In this document: positions 38,424 through 46,832 of the stretch, one piece after another
Numbering within the stretch: the first letter of the stretch is position 1
Layout: each line of letters starts with the position of its first letter
Origin: Deltaproteobacteria bacterium
GTDB lineage: Bacteria; Desulfobacterota; BSN033; UBA1163
DNA length: 64,000 bases
NCBI GenBank assembly: GCA_018333535.1
Contig: JAGXTA010000071.1
Coordinates: 35,100-99,099, forward strand
Direction of reading: 5' to 3'
Notes under the pieces: generated by a model
What the model saw: only the letters and a program-made list of their open reading frames with translations
Databases searched by the model: none
What the model was told of the DNA's origin: nothing
Position numbers and translations under genes: made by a program

Positions 38424-39317
38424 ATGAATAAAAGACTTTTTAAATCCACAGCAGGCGTTACGCTTATTGAACTTCTCATTGCGCTCGTGGTCAGCGCGAT
38501 TCTTGTTGCAGGAATCTACCGAGTCTTCATTCACCAGCAGAGAACCTATCGCACGCAGGAAGATGTCGCTGACATGCAGCAAAATGTTAGGGTGGCCATA
38601 AACCGGATGATCAGAGAAATCCGCATGGCAGGTTTTGGAGGAAAGAACGAAAATACAAATGGCAATAATGACATCATTAATGTTTTCGGAAATGTAAACA
38701 CTTTTACAAGTATTATCAATCCCGCAAATGATGTGACAGTCGATGGAATCATACACGATCAAATCACTCTGCTGGCGGCTTATGATCAAATTGCAACATT
38801 AGAAGAAGATGTCGTAGCCGGAAGTAATTCCTTTAAGGTTAATTTTACGGGAAACACCAGATTCGATCAACCCTGGAGAAAATATGTATGTATCAACGGC
38901 CGCAATAGCTACGCGATTATTCCCGCTGGTGGAGACACTTTAACTCTGGAGGGAGGAGGAACCCTTAATGAAAACCATTCTGCCGGGGAGCCTGTATTTT
39001 TAGTCAGAGCCATTAGATATGGGTTAAGAATGGATAATGGGACTTCTGTTTTATTTAGAGATCTATACCCTGCGACAGGGGGGAGTCAACGAGTAACTGT
39101 CGCTGAGAATATTGAGGCGCTCCAATTTCGATATGTCCTTGCAGATTCATCAGAAGTAGATACACCTGGAGATCCAAGACAGGTTCGGGGAGTAAGGGTT
39201 ACCCTTACTGCAAGAACCCAGATGAGCGATCCTGAATTAAAGACAGGAGGAGGGTTTCGGAGAAGGACTTTAGTAACCTACATTGATCTGAGAAATCTTA
39301 GAGACGAAACTCCATAA
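38424..39317 (+). CDS. pilW: minor pilin PilW-like
   Basis: It begins with a pilin N-terminus (TAGVTLIELLIALVVSAILVAGIYRVF), then QQNVRVAINRMIREIRMAGFGG. It is paralogous to 44752-45573. Confidence 0.75.
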   Translation: MNKRLFKSTAGVTLIELLIALVVSAILVAGIYRVFIHQQRTYRTQEDVADMQQNVRVAINRMIREIRMAGFGGKNENTNGNNDIINVFGNVNTFTSIINPANDVTVDGIIHDQITLLAAYDQIATLEEDVVAGSNSFKVNFTGNTRFDQPWRKYVCINGRNSYAIIPAGGDTLTLEGGGTLNENHSAGEPVFLVRAIRYGLRMDNGTSVLFRDLYPATGGSQRVTVAENIEALQFRYVLADSSEVDTPGDPRQVRGVRVTLTARTQMSDPELKTGGGFRRRTLVTYIDLRNLRDETP

Positions 39318-39493
39318 AGTCATTAATCAGTCCATAATTATTTGGACACTTCAGATATAATCCCTCCTAACCTCCCTTTGCCAAAGGGAGGAATTCCCCT
39401 CTTTGGAAAAGAGGGGGGAGGGGAGATTTTCAGAAGAGTATATCTGCTTAATTATTGACCCCTTAGTATTTAGGGGAAGGAGGGAGAACAGGA

Positions 39494-39961
39494 ATGTTTT
39501 TAAAAAAATCGCACCGTTTTTTGGCAGATCAGCAAGGAGCCTCATTTATTATTGCTCTTTTAATATTGTTGGTTCTCACATTGATCGGGATCAACGCTAT
39601 CAACACCTCTGTTTTTGAAACGAACATAGCCGGAAATGAAAGGCTTTATAATAATGCCTTTTTTGTGGGCGATGCAGGGGTCGATTATTTTTTTGGAACG
39701 TGTAAAGCATTCATTCCTATACCACAGACCTCGGGAACCATCCAAAGTAATGTGGTGGGATTAAATTTGGGTGGAAGCCGTTTTAATGTAAACTGGAGAA
39801 AGATAAGGGAAGAGACGGGTCCGCCTAAAAAGGTTGAATTTTTAGTGATCTCAGAAGGGGTTGCACCAAACTTTCCGATTGCTGGCAGAGTGACGATAGA
39901 GGCTATTATCGAAGGTGTGGACGCAGAACCACTTCCTGAATATCCTGGGGGGTCAACATGA
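39494..39961 (+). CDS. pilX: minor pilin PilX-like
   Basis: It has the PilX N-terminal domain (QQGASFIIALLILLVLTLIGINAINTSVFETNIAGN). It is paralogous to 45586-46017. Confidence 0.7.
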   Translation: MFLKKSHRFLADQQGASFIIALLILLVLTLIGINAINTSVFETNIAGNERLYNNAFFVGDAGVDYFFGTCKAFIPIPQTSGTIQSNVVGLNLGGSRFNVNWRKIREETGPPKKVEFLVISEGVAPNFPIAGRVTIEAIIEGVDAEPLPEYPGGST

Positions 39962-42900
39962 AAAAACAATTATTTTTCTTCTTAATTTTCATTTTTTTAG
40001 CTCCGGTCATTACCTACGGACAATCCGACCTCTTTGAGATCAGAACGCCGAATGTAATGATCATCTTCGACACATCCAGTTCAATGAATATGGATGTAAA
40101 TGGGGTTTTGGTTCCATCGGGAAAGGCCAAAGGAGTGGATGGTGATCCCAACAAAGATTACCAGGGAGGAGGAGATCACCCCAACAGCAAACTCTTCATT
40201 GCCAAACAGGCACTCGGAAACGCTCTCAAAGGTCTTGAAAATATAAACCTGGGCTTGGCAACCTACGGACAGAGAAAACAGGAAAAGTGGAGGGGTTATT
40301 TTAAAAAATGCAAACCTGCCCAAGTATCAAGAAACTGGTGCGAGAAAAGATATTGGAGATGGAGACAGATCGTCAATGCTGTTGATGGCCCAAGATATGC
40401 CAATGATTTTTCCAAAGACAGCTTTAAAGATGCCTGGGGGGTTCCTCGTTCAAATGTAAGCGAAGGATCCCGATTCTTTAGGACGATCAGTCTTTACGAT
40501 AAACCCGTAAGTTCAATTCCCCCACATAGTAATTTAAAGACAAAATCATATGATTGGTGGTATACGGTCACGGAGATAAAATATAACGCCGAATATAACT
40601 GGTATACCTATAAATATGTTTCAGATCCACTGACTTATGACACTTATGAAGAGACAACCAAAACGCTCGACCCCTGCGGCTCTTGTAGTGCGGACAAAGA
40701 GAATGATCCGTTTCCAATAATATGGCCTGACGGAGCCAACCCTCAATGGGAAACTTACTTTAAGAATGATAGCAGAGGTGTCGCATATAAGGATGAATAT
40801 GATAAACCTTTCGGGAACAATCCTGGTAAAAAAAATTGGTGGGATTGCAATGCCAAAACTCAGTCTGCAAAACCAGTATGTTGGGATCCAATTGTACCTG
40901 TATATGATTATGGATGGAGAACCTATACAGGGATAAAGTCAAGTGTTTGTGATGATACTAAGGACCAATCTGACGGATGGAGGTATGTAAGTGGTTGTTA
41001 TGATTCTTCCGAATATTATTATCCAATCGGAACATCGCCTGCCTTATCTTTTCATTCAGTCGATCGGCCGCATACGTGGAGTTATTTTAAGATTACTTTA
41101 GGTTCCCCAGACACATGGAAGGAATCAAATCAACAGAATCCTTTCTACCCTGGTCCTGCTGGAGGCCCTGGAGTAAATCCCAATAACTTCCTTTTCATCA
41201 ACTTCCCGGAGACCGATGATGCATCAAATGATTACAAGGTGAAAAAGGAGATTCTAAAATGGCTCGATTTAATGCCTGTTCAGAATCCAGAACCACCTAA
41301 TCGATGGCATACAAAGTTGCCCCTAAAAGCAGATAGTATTACGTCAAACACCATCGAATCTCTTTTTACTCCTTTAGCCGATACCCTTGTTCAAGCTAAA
41401 AAGTATTTCGAAGATTACATCTTTAAGTATAACGGAGGAGATGACGCAAGCAAATCTAACTGCAGAGGTAATTACGTCATCCTTATGACGGATGGCCTGG
41501 AGAGCGCCAGATTTAAAGGGCCAAATGACCCGGATTATGATGCGGCCGCGAATGCGGCCAAAGAGTTGATTGATTTGGTCAAAGATAAAGATGGCAAGTC
41601 TTGTGGAGTTAAAACGTTTGTGATTGGATTCGGCGTTGGTTTGGGTGATAAGCCTGAAGTATTAGGAAATATTGCAAATAAAGGAGGCACGGGAAGCGCC
41701 TATTTTGCAAAGGATTTGTCACAGTTAACAGAGGCTTTTAAAAAGATTTTCCAACAAATTGGCCCCGGGTATAGCCGATCTAATCCAGTTGTGGCCAGTG
41801 CGAGAGACAGGATTTACAGAGGTTATTTTAACCTCCCAGGCTGGGAAGGCCATTTAATTGCTTTCGCTTTGAGTACGGATGGAAGCATAATAGACCAAAA
41901 TAATGACAAAAAGATCGATGAAAAAGATACACTATGGGATGCGGGGTATTCTAAAGATATTGACAAGAGCGCGAGGGCTACGGTTTACACCTGGGATAAG
42001 GACAAGAATCCAAATTTATTTGAATTTAATGAATCGAAAGCAGGGGCACTAAAAGATTTAATCAACTCACCTGAAGAGGACATCAATGAGGATGGGAAGA
42101 AAGATATCGAAGATGTTAAAGCCATCATTCGATTCATACTGAATCCCGGGTCAGATGGAGGAAAGTATAAGGGAAGCAGATCCACCACTTGGAGCCTCGG
42201 AGATATTTACCATTCAACGCCATTGATTGTGGGGAAACCTCCTTTTAATATTCCAGATGATCTGTTTCCTAAAAAGTACTCACAGTTTAAAGAAGATCAG
42301 AAGAACAGACTAACTACAATTTATGTAGGCGTCAATGATGGAATGCTCCATGCCTTTGATGCAAAGGATGGTAAAGAGAAGTTTTCAATCATCCCCAAAA
42401 ACCTTCTTGGAAAATTAAAAGAAATTAGAAAAGCATATCAATTCTATCTGGACTCAAGTCCGAGGGCTTATGATGTCTACTTTTCAAAGGGAAAAAATAA
42501 ATGGATGACTGTTCTCCTCAGCGGCCTAAGGGGTGGTGGAAATTATTATTTCGCACTCGATGTTACTGATCCGGATAAACCGGAAGTGCTATGGGAAATG
42601 ACCGATCCTGGCATAGGATATACCTGGTCCAGACCTGAAGTTGGAAGGGTGAAAATCGGGGGGCAAGAGAAGTTTGTAGCCTTTGTTGGAGGAGGATACT
42701 CTGATCCGAAGGAATCGAAGTATGATAATATTGGAAACTCCTTTTATGTCATCGACGTTGAAGACGAAGGGAAGATTCTGAAGAAATTCGATGTCGGAAA
42801 TAAATCGAATAAAGTCCCTGCCGGCGCCTCTGCTTTCGATAAAGATGGCGATGGTCGAATCGACAGAGTCTATTTTGGGGATATTCAGGGAACCTTATGG

Positions 42901-43503
42901 AAAATAAAAATCGACGGTGAAGAGGATGTTAATAAGTGGGGGCTGGTAAAACTATTTGAACCTGCCGTAAAAAATGCAATATTCTATCCCCCAGCAGTAA
43001 CCAAAAATAATCAGGGAAAAGTTTTGGTCTATTTTGGGCAGGGGGATGAGTTAGATCTGTTTGAGAAAACGAGAACATACTTTTTCTATGAAATCTGGGA
43101 TAAGGGTGATTCAGGAGAAAAGATTTGGGAAAAAGAGTTTACGAACAAAGGTGAAAAGGTATTGGCCAGCCCTGCTGTGGGGAATAATATAGTGTATTTC
43201 ACCACCTGGCAATATACAGGAATCGAGGCGGATTGTGGGGCAGGTACAGGGAGGTTATACGGATTAACTACTACCAAGGAAGGGATTGAAGGAGGAATGG
43301 CAGGATTGTTTTACGATATAAGCGGAACCAAATTAGACAAACCAGTTGAATCCATTGATCTTGGTAAAGGAATTCCGTCTGCTCCAGTAGTCATTCCCGG
43401 GAGAGTTTATATCTCTACCAGTCTGAATGCTAATAATATCATAAGCATCCCAATTCCTCCTTGGGGAAGAGGCAAGCTAAAATCCTGGAGAGAGGTTTTT
43501 TAA
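39958..43503 (+). CDS. pilY1: PilY1-like pilus tip adhesin (N-terminal vWA/MIDAS domain plus C-terminal PilY1 beta-propeller), 1181 aa
   Basis: It has a signal peptide and a MIDAS-like IIFDTSSSM. The C-terminal third is collinear with the second copy (GDIYHSTP, YFGDIQGTLWK, SAPVV) and has a Cys-rich middle region. Confidence 0.8.
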   Translation: MKKQLFFFLIFIFLAPVITYGQSDLFEIRTPNVMIIFDTSSSMNMDVNGVLVPSGKAKGVDGDPNKDYQGGGDHPNSKLFIAKQALGNALKGLENINLGLATYGQRKQEKWRGYFKKCKPAQVSRNWCEKRYWRWRQIVNAVDGPRYANDFSKDSFKDAWGVPRSNVSEGSRFFRTISLYDKPVSSIPPHSNLKTKSYDWWYTVTEIKYNAEYNWYTYKYVSDPLTYDTYEETTKTLDPCGSCSADKENDPFPIIWPDGANPQWETYFKNDSRGVAYKDEYDKPFGNNPGKKNWWDCNAKTQSAKPVCWDPIVPVYDYGWRTYTGIKSSVCDDTKDQSDGWRYVSGCYDSSEYYYPIGTSPALSFHSVDRPHTWSYFKITLGSPDTWKESNQQNPFYPGPAGGPGVNPNNFLFINFPETDDASNDYKVKKEILKWLDLMPVQNPEPPNRWHTKLPLKADSITSNTIESLFTPLADTLVQAKKYFEDYIFKYNGGDDASKSNCRGNYVILMTDGLESARFKGPNDPDYDAAANAAKELIDLVKDKDGKSCGVKTFVIGFGVGLGDKPEVLGNIANKGGTGSAYFAKDLSQLTEAFKKIFQQIGPGYSRSNPVVASARDRIYRGYFNLPGWEGHLIAFALSTDGSIIDQNNDKKIDEKDTLWDAGYSKDIDKSARATVYTWDKDKNPNLFEFNESKAGALKDLINSPEEDINEDGKKDIEDVKAIIRFILNPGSDGGKYKGSRSTTWSLGDIYHSTPLIVGKPPFNIPDDLFPKKYSQFKEDQKNRLTTIYVGVNDGMLHAFDAKDGKEKFSIIPKNLLGKLKEIRKAYQFYLDSSPRAYDVYFSKGKNKWMTVLLSGLRGGGNYYFALDVTDPDKPEVLWEMTDPGIGYTWSRPEVGRVKIGGQEKFVAFVGGGYSDPKESKYDNIGNSFYVIDVEDEGKILKKFDVGNKSNKVPAGASAFDKDGDGRIDRVYFGDIQGTLWKIKIDGEEDVNKWGLVKLFEPAVKNAIFYPPAVTKNNQGKVLVYFGQGDELDLFEKTRTYFFYEIWDKGDSGEKIWEKEFTNKGEKVLASPAVGNNIVYFTTWQYTGIEADCGAGTGRLYGLTTTKEGIEGGMAGLFYDISGTKLDKPVESIDLGKGIPSAPVVIPGRVYISTSLNANNIISIPIPPWGRGKLKSWREVF

Positions 43504-43624
43504 GCTTTTTAGCTTAGAAAAATTTTCATACCCCGTAGAAGCAATTTTTGTGAAGAACCACTCTCATAAGGGGGGTGATATTGAAAATAGCCCAATAAAT
43601 CAATGGGTTAAAGAAATTTTGCCG

Positions 43625-43643
43625 AATGGCATAGTATTTGCTA
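43625..43643 (+). promoter_or_regulatory. sigma-54 -24/-12 promoter (TGGCATAGTATTTGCT)
   Basis: GG at 43628-29 and GC at 43640-41 are separated by 10 nt. It lies about 180 nt upstream of the second minor-pilin operon. Confidence 0.5.
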
Positions 43644-43758
43644 TATAAATAATCAAAGAATATAGACCGAAAAAGCCAAACCACGAGCGATTGTGGGGCG
43701 GAAAGCCACGGATCCCAGGAATGGCGGGATGGCCGGGTTGCCGAAGTCGAAACTTAGG

Positions 43759-43800
43759 AAACCGGGTTACCGTGGCTGAAAAGGTAATCCGGTTTTTGCT
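43759..43800 (+). terminator. terminator-like hairpin within the 5' leader (possible attenuator or riboswitch expression platform)
   Basis: The stem AAACCGGGTTACC pairs with GGTAATCCGGTTT and is followed by TTTTT. An upstream GCCACGG (43705-11) can alternatively pair with CCGTGGC (43770-76). Confidence 0.4.
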
Positions 43801-43819
43801 TTAAGAGAAGGAGTTAAAT

Positions 43820-44254
43820 ATGAAGAACCAAAAAGGAGTGACATTGATCGAATTGATTATCGTAATAGTAATCATTGCCATCGGAGCAACTTTGATGGCT
43901 CCTGGAATCGGTGCCTGGATGCCTCATTACCGGTTGCGAAGCGCCACAAGGGATATCGCTTCAACAATGAGAATTGCACAGATGAAAGCCATTTCAAACA
44001 ATCTGACCTATCAGATCGCTTTCGATCCTCCCAACAGAAGTTACATCCTTCAGTATGATACGGGCGGCATCATTGTCAATGATGGAGGTACCCAGGTATT
44101 GAACAACGGAGTGCAATTCAATACGACATTTGCAGGAAATATTGCAGCTTTTCGCCCGGACTCAACCGTGACCGGTGGAAATGTGAGTTTGATTAATACG
44201 AAAGGCTCTCAGAAGACGATCTGGTTAGCCGGAAGGAGGATCAGGATTGAATAA
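43820..44254 (+). CDS. minor pilin FimT/GspH-like, copy 2
   Basis: It begins MKNQKG|VTLIELIIVIVIIAIGATLMAPGI. Confidence 0.75.
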   Translation: MKNQKGVTLIELIIVIVIIAIGATLMAPGIGAWMPHYRLRSATRDIASTMRIAQMKAISNNLTYQIAFDPPNRSYILQYDTGGIIVNDGGTQVLNNGVQFNTTFAGNIAAFRPDSTVTGGNVSLINTKGSQKTIWLAGRRIRIE

Positions 44255-44609
44255 AAAAGGGTTCACACTTATTGAAGTTCTGGTTGGCCTGGTTATCCTG
44301 GCTATTGGCCTTTTAGCCATTGCAGGAATGCAACTCACCTCTGTGAAAGGGAACTTCTTTTCGAGCAATTTGACCCAGGCCTCTGTTCTGGCCCAGGACC
44401 GTCTCGAAGTTTTGAGAAGTCTGGCATGGGGTCATGACGATTTAACAGGGGGAACACATAATGAGGGGACGATCCCGAACACGATCTTTACAAGGGAGTA
44501 TACTGTCGCTGTCATTGTGGGGACAACGATGCTCGATATTACCGTGACCGTGCGATGGAGGGATGATACCGATCATTCCGTATCATTCTCCACGGTCCGA
44601 TCTCAATAA
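44247..44609 (+). CDS. pilV: minor pilin PilV-like, copy 2
   Basis: It begins MNKKG|FTLIEVLVGLVILAIGLLAIAGMQ. Confidence 0.75.
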   Translation: MNKKGFTLIEVLVGLVILAIGLLAIAGMQLTSVKGNFFSSNLTQASVLAQDRLEVLRSLAWGHDDLTGGTHNEGTIPNTIFTREYTVAVIVGTTMLDITVTVRWRDDTDHSVSFSTVRSQ

Positions 44610-44751
44610 GGAGGTTGTGCCTTAGACATTTGCCCTTCGACAGGCTCAGGACGAATGGCTAAGCGATTTATTTTAAACATCCCGTAGTCCGTTCGTGGTG
44701 AGGCTCTCGAACCATGAACGGAATTACAACCAAGTCTCAAAGGAGAAGAGG

Positions 44752-45573
44752 ATGAACAAAAGAGGACTGACGCTTATCGAACTTCTCGTTGTTCTGGTCA
44801 TTAGCACTATCCTGATTGCAGGAATCTATCGGACCTTCATCCATCAACAGCATACCTATACGGTCCAGGAACAGGTCGTCGATATGCAGCAGAATGTGAG
44901 GATGGCCATCAATCAGATGGTCAGGGAGATCCGGATGGCAGGTCTCGGAGGACGGGATGCAACAAAATGGGGCGCAAGTGGAATGCACGGGGTCTATAAG
45001 AATATAGTCACCCCTTCGGACGATGGGCAATCGATAACCATCGTGGGCGCCTTTCAAGAGATGACCTTCCTTACAGCCAATGCTGAAGCAGGAGTGACGA
45101 TCAAGATCAATGTCAACGATGCTTCGGGTTTTAATACAGGAGGGCTTCAATATCTATGCATGAATGGAACTGAAACCGTCAGGATTAAAAATATTGTAGG
45201 CAATGAGATCGAACTCTTCGACCCCCCGACGGAGAACCATTTTGCAAATGAGCCAGTATTTCGAGTAATGGCTATCACTTATTCAATTGGAGATTTTGAA
45301 GGAAAACGCTCCCTGATGCGAAATGACAATATAGACCCCGCCCAGCCTTTGGCTGAGAATATCGAACTTCTTCAGTTTACCTATACGCTCGCTGATGGAA
45401 CAGTCTTCGTGGGCACCGTGCCCGGAAATCGGCGAGACGAGATACGGATGGTTCAGGTGAACATTACGGCGATGACCGATCGAAACGACCCTGAATTAGG
45501 AGGGGGAGGAGACGGTTTCAGAAGGAGGACGCTTACCTCCAACATCCAGTTGAGGAATTTATCGTCAATATGA
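44752..45573 (+). CDS. pilW: minor pilin PilW-like, copy 2
   Basis: It begins MNKRG|LTLIELLVVLVISTILIAGIYRTF, then QQNVRMAINQMVREIRMAGLGG. Confidence 0.75.
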   Translation: MNKRGLTLIELLVVLVISTILIAGIYRTFIHQQHTYTVQEQVVDMQQNVRMAINQMVREIRMAGLGGRDATKWGASGMHGVYKNIVTPSDDGQSITIVGAFQEMTFLTANAEAGVTIKINVNDASGFNTGGLQYLCMNGTETVRIKNIVGNEIELFDPPTENHFANEPVFRVMAITYSIGDFEGKRSLMRNDNIDPAQPLAENIELLQFTYTLADGTVFVGTVPGNRRDEIRMVQVNITAMTDRNDPELGGGGDGFRRRTLTSNIQLRNLSSI

Positions 45574-45585
45574 GAAGGAGTTGAT

Positions 45586-46017
45586 ATGGAGTCAAAAAGG
45601 ATAATGGATAATCAAAAAGGAATTGCGCTGGTGATCGCCCTGGTCATGCTGCTGGTATTGACCCTGGTGGGGTTGAGTGCAGTCAGTATGACCAACTTTG
45701 AGACGAACATTTCAGGCAACCAGAGGGTTTATAATCTGGCCTTTTATACAGCGGACGGAGGAACCGAAAACTTCCGCGGAAGAGTCTCCGGAGGCGAGTT
45801 TATCTATTCCGCAGTCACTACCGGTTCATATCAGGTCACCATTGGGGGAAATGCCTGCAATGTCTCGTATAACAAATGGAATCGGAAAGATGCAGAAGGG
45901 GATTTCGTCGTATTTAAGATAAATTCCGAGGGGAGAGCCCCTTTTCCTTCGACAGGAAGGGTGACGATCGAATCGGTTATCGAAGTGCTGACGACCATAC
46001 AGCCGGGATATAACTAA
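45586..46017 (+). CDS. pilX: minor pilin PilX-like, copy 2
   Basis: It has the motif QKGIALVIALVMLLVLTLVGLSAVSMTNFETNISGN. Confidence 0.7.
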   Translation: MESKRIMDNQKGIALVIALVMLLVLTLVGLSAVSMTNFETNISGNQRVYNLAFYTADGGTENFRGRVSGGEFIYSAVTTGSYQVTIGGNACNVSYNKWNRKDAEGDFVVFKINSEGRAPFPSTGRVTIESVIEVLTTIQPGYN

Positions 46018-46046
46018 GGCATACTATGAAGAGGAGGTATGGAGGT

Positions 46047-46733
46047 ATGAAAAAGATGGTACTTATTAAATCAATGATATATGCATGTTTGTATTTTATT
46101 TTTGTTGGCGCTGTCTTTGCCCAGGAAGAACTAAAAACACTGTCTGACGACCCTTTTTACCAAGCAAAGCGGCAGACGGAGACAGCCAAATTAAACGCCA
46201 GCTTTGACCCGTTAGAGAGGGCAACCCTTCATACAGGGTATGCCGAAGAGAGATTGGCAGAGGTGAAGGCGGTGGTGTCTAAGGGTAGGCATGAGTTTGC
46301 AGGTGACCTATTAAAGAATTACGAAACATCTATAAACGGAGCCGTGGATGAAATTAACAGGGCTCAGGCACAGGGAAGAGATGTAAGTGAAGCTCTATCG
46401 GCTGTTGAAAGATCCACCACGAAACATACCGAGGTCTTGACCGATTTGCTTGGTAAAGTGCCCGAAGAAGCCAGACCTGCTATCAAACGCGCCATAGAGG
46501 TCTCCAAACGCGGAAGGAACACCGCCCTTGATAGGCTGGAAAGGATTCAAAGAGGCGAAATCCCTGCTGGCAAACCAGAAGGAGTTGGACCACCAGGGAA
46601 ACCCGAAAGGCCAGAAAGGGTGGAGAGGCCGGGGAGATCAGGTATACCAGGAGGTATTGATAGGCCGGGAGGATTTGGTGGTCCTGGCGGTGGAAGACCG
46701 GGTGGAGGTCCACCTGGTGGTAGAGGAAGATAG
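46047..46733 (+). CDS. secreted hypothetical protein with a helical N-domain and a Gly/Pro/Arg-rich collagen-like tail
   Basis: It has a signal peptide (MKKMVLIKSMIYACLYFIFVGAVFA|QEE) and a C-terminal low-complexity tail (PGKPERPERVERPGRSGIPGGIDRPGGFGGPGGGRPGGGPPGGRGR). It has no counterpart in operon copy 1. Confidence 0.55.
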   Translation: MKKMVLIKSMIYACLYFIFVGAVFAQEELKTLSDDPFYQAKRQTETAKLNASFDPLERATLHTGYAEERLAEVKAVVSKGRHEFAGDLLKNYETSINGAVDEINRAQAQGRDVSEALSAVERSTTKHTEVLTDLLGKVPEEARPAIKRAIEVSKRGRNTALDRLERIQRGEIPAGKPEGVGPPGKPERPERVERPGRSGIPGGIDRPGGFGGPGGGRPGGGPPGGRGR

Positions 46734-46832
46734 CATAGCAATAACCGCCACAGCACATAACAAATCGCTCAAGGGGATCCGATCTTGCGACCGCACCCCT
46801 TAGCTTTTACGAAGGCCCTAAGGAGGAATAAA

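Noticed and set aside
43504-43530. Terminator directly after pilY1-1 (TAAGCTTTTTAGCTTA)
   Set aside because: The stem is only 6 bp with a 4-nt loop, which is too weak to call. The stronger hairpin lies further downstream at 43759-43800.
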